Source: Burkholderiales bacterium
Lineage (GTDB): Bacteria > Pseudomonadota > Gammaproteobacteria > Burkholderiales > SG8-39
Direction: 5' to 3'
Length of the DNA stretch: 64,000 nt
Assembly: GCA_965279075.1 (NCBI GenBank)
Contig: CBDIHI010000011.1
Location: 142,044 to 206,043, forward strand
The position numbers and the translations under genes are program-made. The notes below the pieces were generated by a model. The model had not been told where the DNA came from. It did not search any database and saw only the letters and a list, made by a program, of their open reading frames with translations. This document shows, piece by piece, positions 9,413-16,912 of the stretch (within the stretch, counting starts at the first letter, position 1; each line of letters opens with the position of its first letter).

Positions 9413-10384
9413 TCAGTCCCTGCCCGCGGTGATTCTCCCGCCTTCGAGGTTGCGGGTCGCGCCGACGATGTAGGTCTGCTTGTCGCGGGACTCGTGCCAG
9501 TTGCGGGTCACCATCTCCGCCACCAGGCCGAGCAGCACGCACATGACCCCGGTGATCGCGGACATGACCACCAGCAGGGGCAGCGGCGTCAGGATGAACG
9601 AGATCCCGGCCCAGAATTTCAGGTACACGGCCCACAGGCCCGCGACCAGGCTGACGAGGAAGTTCAGCAGGCCGAAACCGCCAAACACGTACATCGGCTT
9701 CTGCGCGTAGCGATCGAGGAACTTCACCACGACGAGGTCGAGCAGCACCTTGAAGACGCGCTCCAGCCCGTACGACGAGGTGCCTGCCGTACGCGGATGG
9801 TGGCGGACCGGGATTTCGGTGACCCTCGCGCCGAGCCAGCTCGCATAAACCGGGATGAAGCGGTGCATTTCCCCGTACAGGCGTACGCCCTTGATGACCT
9901 CGCGCCGGTAGGCTTTCAGCGAACAGCCATAGTCGTGCAGCCGCACACCGGACACCTTCGAGATCAGCCAGTTGGCGATCCTGCTCGGCAGGTTGCGCCG
10001 CAGCGCGTGGTCCTGCCTGGCGCTGCGCCAGCCCGAGCAGACGTCGAACCCTTCGTCCAGCTTGGCGAGCAGAAGCGGGATGTCCTGCGGGTCGTTCTGC
10101 AGGTCGGCGTCCATGGGCACGATGATGTCGCCGCGGGCATGCTCGAACCCGGCCATCATCGCCGCGGTCTGGCCCGCATTGCGGCGAAAATGGATCACCT
10201 TCAGGCGCGGGTCGGCCGCGGCCAGTTCGTCCAGCACCTGCGCGCTGCCGTCAGTGCTCCCGTCGTTCACCAGCACGATTTCCCAGGGCTGGCGCAGCGT
10301 TTCCAGCACGGGAACCAGCTGCGCGTGCAGTCGGCGCAAGTTGCCTTCCTCGTTGTAGACCGGGATCGTGACCGAGATCGTCAT
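9413..10384 (-). CDS. polyprenyl-phosphate glycosyltransferase, GT2 family (GtrB/ArnC/CsbB-like)
   Basis: 323 aa beginning MTISVTIPVYNEE. Contains VNDGSTDGS and the DxD-type PMDADLQNDP, plus two C-terminal TM helices as in GtrB. Only this C-terminal third of the 1158-aa track ORF looks like real protein. The ATG overlaps the YfhO stop (ATGA). Confidence 0.85.
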   Translation of the reverse strand: MTISVTIPVYNEEGNLRRLHAQLVPVLETLRQPWEIVLVNDGSTDGSAQVLDELAAADPRLKVIHFRRNAGQTAAMMAGFEHARGDIIVPMDADLQNDPQDIPLLLAKLDEGFDVCSGWRSARQDHALRRNLPSRIANWLISKVSGVRLHDYGCSLKAYRREVIKGVRLYGEMHRFIPVYASWLGARVTEIPVRHHPRTAGTSSYGLERVFKVLLDLVVVKFLDRYAQKPMYVFGGFGLLNFLVSLVAGLWAVYLKFWAGISFILTPLPLLVVMSAITGVMCVLLGLVAEMVTRNWHESRDKQTYIVGATRNLEGGRITAGRD

Positions 10385-12711
10385 GCGGCGGCTCCTGCCG
10401 ACGCCGCAGTCCGCGGGCGTCGCGACAACGCAAGCAGGGCGAGCAGGCCGAGCGCTGCGACCCCAAGGCCGGCGAGGAAGCCGGGCAACGCAAAGCGCAA
10501 CTCGACACGGTGCGGCCCGCGTTCGACTTCGACGCCAAGCAGGCCCAGGTTGGCGCTGAACACGGGTTGCTCCACACCGTCGATCGCGACAGACCACCCG
10601 CGCGCGAACGGGATCGAGAAAACGAGGATCCCCGGGACCTCCGCGTCGATCCTGCCCGTGATGTGGCCGTCGGAGAACGTGTCGATCGCGAGCCCGCGTT
10701 TCTGCAGGGCCCTGGCCGGCGCGGCATAGTTGTCCTCGATCCAGGAGGGCCCTTGCTTCATGAGGCCCCGGGGATCGAAGGTCCGCGGTGCGGTGCCCCT
10801 CAGGCGGTCGACGATAGCGGCGTTCATCATCGTGATGTCCTTGGCTTCGGGCGACATCCGCGCGAGGCGTTCCCTGGGGAACTGCTGCTCGTAGACCACG
10901 CCCAGCGGCAGCGCGAACTCGTTCTCGTAGACGGACAGGCCCTCCGACTCGCGGATCTTGCGCCAGCCCGGCCAGGCTACGGGGACGTTGGCGATCACGT
11001 ACTTCACCCCGGCCAGTGAGGAAAGCGCGAACCGTTCGCCGAAATTCGGCAGCCAGTTGGTGAAATTCTTGATCCGGCTGCGCCGCGGGATCAGGTCGAG
11101 TTCCGAGAAGAATCCGACCACCCCGGCGCCCTGGAACCAGTAGGACTTCACGCCCATGTACCCTTGCGCCAGCGCGTCGCAGAACGAAACCGAATTGTAG
11201 GTCTTTTCGACGCGGTAGAACCCGGGGTCCCGGGCCTTGATGAAGTTGAGCGCACCCATGGTCGGGTCCGCGTAGCCCGGCACCTCCCGCGTGACCGCTT
11301 CGCGCTTGCCGTTGACGGAAGGCTCGTTGATCACCGCCGCCTCGACCGCGACCAAAAGCAGGGCGAGCAGCGCGAACCGGCCCCATTCGATACGCCGCCA
11401 GGCGAAGAGCCCGAGCAGCAGGAGGGCGGTGCCGGCAAAGGCTGCGAGCTTTGCCTCGTGCGCGGCCGGGGGGCGGGGGAAAAGGTTGCCGTGCACGTGC
11501 CACAGCAGCAGCGCGAGCGCCAGGGCCGTCCCGGCAAGCAGGCCGCGTCCCACGCCCTTCGAGGCTACGACGTCCAGCGCCCTGGCGAACATCACGAGCA
11601 GCAGGATACTGACCCAGAGGCTGTTGACGCGGAAGTAGTCCAGGCCGAACCCGAAGGCCGCGTAGCGGATCGCGGGCAGCGAGATGAACAGCGCCAGCGC
11701 AATGCCGCCCGCGACCAGGATGCGGCGGTCGATCCGGTCGCCGCGCCAGAGTTGCGGGATCAGCAGCAGCGGCATCACGCCGACGTAGAAGCCCGGGCTC
11801 TCGAGGTAGTTCATCCAGCCGAAATGCTGGTTGCCCGCGCCGAGCAGGTTCTTGTGGAAGAACCCCGCCAACTGCAGCAGGATCGTCGTATCGTCGTTCA
11901 TTGCAAGCAACTCGCGCAGCCGGTCCGAAAAGGCCGCCTGAGCGCCTGATATGCGCGGGCTCTCGAGCAACTGGTAAACGTTGGGGACCAGCACGGGTCC
12001 GGCGAGCGCCAGTCCGGCGAGGCAGCGCGGGATCACGCTGCGGACCCATGCCAGGGCGGTGGCGCCCGGGCGGCCCGACGCGACCGTGGCGGCAATTGCA
12101 GCGTAGACCGTGAACACCCCGACCGAGAACATGAACGTGCCGCTGCAGGCCGCGAACGCGACCGCGAGCGGGATCGGCCACAGTCCGGGAGCCTGCGCGT
12201 GCCGCGCGAAGGCCCACAGGATCAGCGCATAGGCGACCACGTCGGTGGCATGGCCGTCCCACTGGCCGTCCGTCAGCATGTATCCGCTGAACGCATAGGC
12301 CAGCGCCGCGAGCAGCGCGGTCTCGCGGCGCGCCCCGGTAGCGAGCACGAAGGCGTGGAACGCAGCCCCTGCGGCGAAGATCTTCGCGAAGTACACCCAG
12401 ATGCGCATGGCGAGGACGTGGTCCGCGCCGCCGGCGAGGCCGAGTAGCGAAAAGGGCCCCGCCGGGGGCGGCGCTACTCCGCCCAGCCCGACGTTGAACG
12501 ACCACGCGCTGCCCCAGCTTCCCGGGGAGGCCATGTGCATGGCGAGCGGCACGAACTGTGCGTAAGTGTCGCTGCCCACGTCCGCGAAGGCGAAGTACTT
12601 TGCACCGAAGAGGAATTCCCGGAACAGCGCGAGCGACACGGCGGCGAGAAGTGCGGCCAGCAGCGCCCAGGCGTTGAAGCGTACGTTCGGGGAGACTCCA
12701 GCGAGGGCCAT
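10381..12711 (-). CDS. YfhO-family membrane protein (GT-C-like glycosyltransferase)
   Basis: About 776 aa from MALAGVSPN. The N-terminal FAFADVGSDTYAQFVPL pattern, many TM segments and a large C-terminal extracytoplasmic domain ending in a final TM match the YfhO architecture. Confidence 0.65.
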   Translation of the reverse strand: MALAGVSPNVRFNAWALLAALLAAVSLALFREFLFGAKYFAFADVGSDTYAQFVPLAMHMASPGSWGSAWSFNVGLGGVAPPPAGPFSLLGLAGGADHVLAMRIWVYFAKIFAAGAAFHAFVLATGARRETALLAALAYAFSGYMLTDGQWDGHATDVVAYALILWAFARHAQAPGLWPIPLAVAFAACSGTFMFSVGVFTVYAAIAATVASGRPGATALAWVRSVIPRCLAGLALAGPVLVPNVYQLLESPRISGAQAAFSDRLRELLAMNDDTTILLQLAGFFHKNLLGAGNQHFGWMNYLESPGFYVGVMPLLLIPQLWRGDRIDRRILVAGGIALALFISLPAIRYAAFGFGLDYFRVNSLWVSILLLVMFARALDVVASKGVGRGLLAGTALALALLLWHVHGNLFPRPPAAHEAKLAAFAGTALLLLGLFAWRRIEWGRFALLALLLVAVEAAVINEPSVNGKREAVTREVPGYADPTMGALNFIKARDPGFYRVEKTYNSVSFCDALAQGYMGVKSYWFQGAGVVGFFSELDLIPRRSRIKNFTNWLPNFGERFALSSLAGVKYVIANVPVAWPGWRKIRESEGLSVYENEFALPLGVVYEQQFPRERLARMSPEAKDITMMNAAIVDRLRGTAPRTFDPRGLMKQGPSWIEDNYAAPARALQKRGLAIDTFSDGHITGRIDAEVPGILVFSIPFARGWSVAIDGVEQPVFSANLGLLGVEVERGPHRVELRFALPGFLAGLGVAALGLLALLALSRRPRTAASAGAAA

Positions 12712-12855
12712 CGTGGTTTCTTGTCGTTGCGGGAGGCCCCGGGAAGCGCTCCATCCCCGGGTTCGTCCCCCATGATGCCGCAAAACCTGCCGTCAGGCGC
12801 CGTCCCGGATCGCCCCGGTACGTACAATAGGTTCCTTTTTGGGCGGGACGAGCGG

Positions 12856-13545
12856 ATGGACGAGCACAAGCTCCTGATCGTTGCGGCAACGCGCGCGGCG
12901 CCGGGCCCGTTCATGGAAAGCATGCCGCTGGGCAGGTCCCTCCGGCGCATGTCGTACGACCGCCGCATCGAGATCCGCCCGGCCTTCAACAACCGCGACG
13001 GCCTGCCGGCGGTCTACAACCGCCAGATCACCGAGGAGAACCGCGCGAAGACGCTGCTCTTCGTGCACGACGACGTATGGCTCGACGACTGCTTCGTGTG
13101 CGACCGGCTGCAGGAGGCGCTGAAGGTGTTCGACCTCGTCGGGCTGGCCGGCAACACGCGCCGCCTGCCGGGGCAGCCGGCCTGGGGGTTTGCGTCGGTC
13201 GACCCGTTCGTGCCCGAGGACCGCAGGCATCTCAGCGGCATCGTCGCCGACGGCGAGCAGCCCTTTGGCAAGCCTTCGCGCTACGGCCCACCCGGCCTCG
13301 CGTGCCTGATGCTGGACGGGGTTTTCCTTGCCGCGAGTTGCGCCACGCTGCTCGATCGCGGCGTGCGCTTCGACGAGCGCTTCACGTTCGATTTCTACGA
13401 CCTTGACCTGTGTCGCAGCGCGGAGGTGGCGGGCTTGAAGATGGGCACCTGGCCGATTGCGATCACGCACACCAGCCTCGGCAAGTTCGGCTCGCCGGCG
13501 TGGCGCGCCGGGCTCGAGGCCTACCAGGCGAAGTGGGGCGACTAG
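12856..13545 (+). CDS. putative glycosyltransferase-like protein (GT-A-like, family uncertain)
   Basis: 229 aa from MDEHKLLIVAATR. Has an acidic HDDVWLDD motif and the C-terminal ITHTS..W pattern seen in small GT2-like proteins. The upstream part of the track ORF is antisense to the YfhO 5' end and is not protein-like. Confidence 0.4.
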   Translation: MDEHKLLIVAATRAAPGPFMESMPLGRSLRRMSYDRRIEIRPAFNNRDGLPAVYNRQITEENRAKTLLFVHDDVWLDDCFVCDRLQEALKVFDLVGLAGNTRRLPGQPAWGFASVDPFVPEDRRHLSGIVADGEQPFGKPSRYGPPGLACLMLDGVFLAASCATLLDRGVRFDERFTFDFYDLDLCRSAEVAGLKMGTWPIAITHTSLGKFGSPAWRAGLEAYQAKWGD

Positions 13546-13580
13546 GTCGGACTACTCGGTCGGGCTACTCGGTCGGGCTA
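13542..13580. repeat. 13-bp tandem repeat, three copies (CTAGGTCGGACTA, CTCGGTCGGGCTA, CTCGGTCGGGCTA)
   Basis: Read directly from the sequence. It fills the whole gap between two convergent stop codons (TAG 13543-13545 and, on the minus strand, TAG at 13581-13583). Confidence 0.8.
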
Positions 13581-14147
13581 CTACGAGGACCGGCGGCGTA
13601 CCTTGGGATGCGGCGCCTTGCGCGCCCGCCGCACGAAAGTGCCGGATTTTCCGCCGCGCTTTTCGAGCAGCATGATGTCTCTCACGACCATGCCCCGGTC
13701 GACCGCCTTGCACATGTCGTAGATCGTCAGAAGTCCCGCGCTTGCGGCGGCAAGTGCTTCCATTTCGACGCCGGTGCGGCCGCGGCACTCGACCGTGGCG
13801 CGCACGCCGATACTCGAGGTTGACGGGTCCGGCTCGAACTCGACGGCTACGCGGGTGATCTGCAGGGGATGGGCGAGCGGGATCAGGTCGGAGGCGCGCT
13901 TCGCGCCCTGGATGGCCGCGATGCGCGCCACGCCGAGTACGTCGCCTTTCTTTGCGCTCCCGCCCACCACCATGTCGAGCGTGGCCGGCTGCATTTCGAT
14001 GCGGCCGCCGGCCGTCGCGACGCGGTGAGTCTCGTCCTTCGCGCCGACGTCGACCATGTGTGCCTGCCCGCGCCGGTCGAAATGCGTCAGCGTGCGCGTG
14101 GACTTGGCGGCGGTTTTCGCCGTAGGGCGGGGCTTGCGGGCGGTCAT
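13581..14147 (-). CDS. moaC: cyclic pyranopterin monophosphate synthase MoaC
   Basis: [15 protein letters not shown] and [23 protein letters not shown] are conserved MoaC blocks. Start taken at MTARKPRP. Has a basic C-terminal tail. Confidence 0.85.
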   Translation of the reverse strand: MTARKPRPTAKTAAKSTRTLTHFDRRGQAHMVDVGAKDETHRVATAGGRIEMQPATLDMVVGGSAKKGDVLGVARIAAIQGAKRASDLIPLAHPLQITRVAVEFEPDPSTSSIGVRATVECRGRTGVEMEALAAASAGLLTIYDMCKAVDRGMVVRDIMLLEKRGGKSGTFVRRARKAPHPKVRRRSS

Positions 14148-14224
14148 GGTCCGGGGTGGGAGAGGGCCGATCGAATCGAGCCTGCGCTGGGGAACTCCGA
14201 GGGTTGGCAAGGTATCATAATCGC

Positions 14225-15730
14225 ATGCGCTTGATCGTGTGCCTGCTCGCCGCTTCCGCGTTTGCCATGCCGCGCGCCTGGGGTCAGCCCGTGTTCTCGG
14301 GCGAAAGACTCCCGCCCCCGCAAACGCGGGACCTCAACCGGGCCTTCGTCCCGGCGCCGCTGCCCGAGCTCGGCGACTCGTCCTCCAAGGCGCTTTCCCC
14401 GCAGATGGAGCGCAAGCTCGGCGAAAGCGTGATGCGGGATATCCGCTACAACGACCCGTCCTTCGTCGACGACCCGGAAGTCAACGACTACCTCAATACC
14501 CTCGGCTACAAGCTGCTCACCGCGGTGCCGGGGTCCAGGCTCGATTTCGAGTTTTTTGCAGTACGCGATCCGTCGATCAACGCATTCGCCCTGCCCGGCG
14601 GCTTCGTGGGCATGCACACCGGCCTGCTGACAGCTGCCGATTCCGAATCCGAGGTCGCATCTGTGCTCGCGCACGAGATCACGCACGTCACGCAGCGTCA
14701 CATCGCCCGCCAGGTGGGCGCGCAGCAGCAGATGCAGCTGCCCGCCATGATCGCGATGGCCGCCGCGCTGCTGGCTGCGCGCTCCAGGCCCGACCTCGCT
14801 TCGGGCGCGGCGATGGCGGCACAGGGCGCGGCCATCCAGGGCCAGCTCGGCTATTCCCGCGATTTCGAGCGCGAGGCCGACCGGATCGGCTTCACCACGC
14901 TGCAGGCGGCCGGGTTCGACGTGCGCGGGATGCCCGCGTTCTTCGAAAAGCTCCAGCGCTATACCCGCATCTCCGACGATGGCCGCGCACCCGGTTACCT
15001 GCGTTCCCACCCGTTGACGGTCGACCGGATCGCCGACGCGCAGAACCGCGCCCAGAACTCGCCGTACCGCCAGCACGCCGACAGCATCGAGTTCCACCTC
15101 GTGCGCGCAAAGCTCCGCGCCGAGACCGGCGACCCGCGTGACGCCGTCACCTACTTCAAGGGGGTCCTGCAGGACGGGCGCTACGCCAACGAAACCGCGG
15201 CACGCTACGGGCTCGCGACTGCGCTGGTCCGCAACCGCCAGTATCCGGAAGCCAGGGCGGAAGTTGCGAAGCTGCGCGCAGGCGCGGTGAAGAACCCGAT
15301 GATCGAGGGCTTGTACGCCCGGGCCTTGCAGGCCGCGGGCGAGGTCCCGGCTGCCATCGCCGCGTACAAGGACGCCTTGGGCCGCTACCCGTACTACCGA
15401 CCGCTGGCGTACGCGTATGCAGGAGCGATGCTCGATGCGACCCGCACAGACGAGGCGATGGCGGCGATCAGGGAGTTGCTGCGCCAGTACCCGAACAGCC
15501 CGGAGCTCCTCGCCATGCAGGCGCGGGGTTACGCGGCGCAGGGCAAGCGCCTGCTGCAGCACCAGGCGCAGGCCGAGGTATACCTGCTGCAAGGGAGCCT
15601 GCCCGCGGCGATCGAGCAGCTCCAGCTTGCGCAGGGCGCGGGGGACGGCAACTTCTACGAGTTGTCCGCGGTCGAGGCGCGGCTGAGGGAGATGCGCTCG
15701 AGGCTGGCGGCGGAGTCCAAGCCCAGGTAG
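14225..15730 (+). CDS. M48-family periplasmic metalloprotease with TPR domain (BepA/YfgC-like)
   Basis: Signal peptide [20 protein letters not shown], zinc motif HEITHV, and a C-terminal TPR-like helical region. Confidence 0.8.
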   Translation: MRLIVCLLAASAFAMPRAWGQPVFSGERLPPPQTRDLNRAFVPAPLPELGDSSSKALSPQMERKLGESVMRDIRYNDPSFVDDPEVNDYLNTLGYKLLTAVPGSRLDFEFFAVRDPSINAFALPGGFVGMHTGLLTAADSESEVASVLAHEITHVTQRHIARQVGAQQQMQLPAMIAMAAALLAARSRPDLASGAAMAAQGAAIQGQLGYSRDFEREADRIGFTTLQAAGFDVRGMPAFFEKLQRYTRISDDGRAPGYLRSHPLTVDRIADAQNRAQNSPYRQHADSIEFHLVRAKLRAETGDPRDAVTYFKGVLQDGRYANETAARYGLATALVRNRQYPEARAEVAKLRAGAVKNPMIEGLYARALQAAGEVPAAIAAYKDALGRYPYYRPLAYAYAGAMLDATRTDEAMAAIRELLRQYPNSPELLAMQARGYAAQGKRLLQHQAQAEVYLLQGSLPAAIEQLQLAQGAGDGNFYELSAVEARLREMRSRLAAESKPR

Positions 15731-15751
15731 CAAGGGCCTTCGGGCGGGCCT

Positions 15752-16714
15752 TCAGCGTCGCGCCGGCTCGCAGTAGGCTTCGTACAGCAAGTCGAAGGTT
15801 TTCTCCGCCTCGCCGAGCAGCTCGTTGTCGTTCGCCGAGCGGCGCAGCGCGCCTTGCAGCAGCGTCTGGACGCCGGCCGCCTCGGGCACTGGGGCGCCAT
15901 TGCGCACTTCAAGGAAGCGGACGATGCCGCCGATCTTGACCAGCGCCGTGTTCCGCTCCAGGTCCAGCTGCGCCAGCATTTCCTCGAACGTGATGCGTGT
16001 GCCGCTGTTGGAGAAACGCGCGCCGTCGAACGCGAAGCCGAGGGTCTCGGCGGGACAGGGCTGGGCCTTGTCCAGCCAGCTGAGCGTCGCCTCAGGATCG
16101 ACGAAGCGGCGGATCAGCCACGAGCAGGCGAGCCGGTCGGCCCACAGGGGATGCCGCGTCGCCCAGTGCCGGCCCAGGAATTTCTCGCTGGTCTTCGCCC
16201 CCGGCGCGGACTGCATCGGGAACATCAGGTTGCGCACCTCATCTTCAGCGGAGGACAGCGCCGCCTTGGCACTCTCCTGCGCGGGCGTAGGGAAGAAATC
16301 GAGCGCCGCGATCGCCTCGAACTCGCGCCGCTGCTTGTGCAGGACCCGCGAGATCGCGCTCGGGTCGGCAAGGCCGAACCCGACCTTGAGCGACTCGATC
16401 GTCTTGGTCAGCTCTTCGTAGCGCGCGGACCGGTCGAAGAGGCGCCGGAAGGACTCGAACTGGGCCTCGTCCAGCGGTGCCGCCCTGAGCGCGTGCGCCG
16501 AGCCGGCGTTCAGCGTGATGTACTCGACCAGGCGCTCGACCGCCTGGCGGTTGGCCGGGTTCTCGGGCAGGAGGAACACGCCGTCCCTGAGGACCACGGC
16601 GCCCAGCGACTCGAACGTGCGCAGCACACGCATGCGCGCGGCCGGGATTTCGGTCGGCAGGGTCGCGACGACGAGGAGCCAGCTTGAGATGGGATGGCTG
16701 GGCGCTTTCGACAT
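15752..16714 (-). CDS. ChrB-domain protein (chromate-resistance ChrB family), no chrA nearby
   Basis: 320 aa. N-terminal WLLVVATLPTE..ARMRVLRTFESLGAVVLRDGVFLLP and C-terminal RHWATRHPLWADRLACSWLIRRFVDPEA match the ChrB N- and C-domain patterns. Confidence 0.7.
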   Translation of the reverse strand: MSKAPSHPISSWLLVVATLPTEIPAARMRVLRTFESLGAVVLRDGVFLLPENPANRQAVERLVEYITLNAGSAHALRAAPLDEAQFESFRRLFDRSARYEELTKTIESLKVGFGLADPSAISRVLHKQRREFEAIAALDFFPTPAQESAKAALSSAEDEVRNLMFPMQSAPGAKTSEKFLGRHWATRHPLWADRLACSWLIRRFVDPEATLSWLDKAQPCPAETLGFAFDGARFSNSGTRITFEEMLAQLDLERNTALVKIGGIVRFLEVRNGAPVPEAAGVQTLLQGALRRSANDNELLGEAEKTFDLLYEAYCEPARR

Positions 16715-16912
16715 GTCCGTGAGGCGAATCTGCCGCGGTGGGGAAGTGTTCCTTTCGCTTGATTATTGCACAGCGGGCCGGCGCCGGACGCGGTCATAAG
16801 TCACCCAATCAGGGCTGCTTATTGAGAAATCAAAATAACCGCCTTGGCTGCATGGGGGACCCTCTACAGAATACGCCGGCATATAAAAATAACCGCGAAT
16901 CAGGAGATGCGC

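Noticed and set aside
10385-12889. N-terminal 835 aa of the 1158-aa track ORF 9413..12889
   Set aside because: Only the last 323 aa (from MTISVTIPVYNEE) look like a GT2 enzyme. The upstream part is out of frame with, and overlaps, the well-formed YfhO-like ORF, and it has shadow-frame composition.
13542-13580. Possible CRISPR or other spaced-repeat array
   Set aside because: The units are directly tandem 13-mers with no spacers, there are only three copies, and no cas genes are present. It is a simple microsatellite-like tandem repeat.
16844-16912. Twin-arginine (Tat) signal in the upstream in-frame extension of the molybdoenzyme (YRIRRHIK)
   Set aside because: The RR pair is not followed by a hydrophobic h-region or an AxA cleavage site. 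The extension is hydrophilic and only 23 aa long before the Fe-S motif. The ATG at 16913 has the proper AGGAG spacing.
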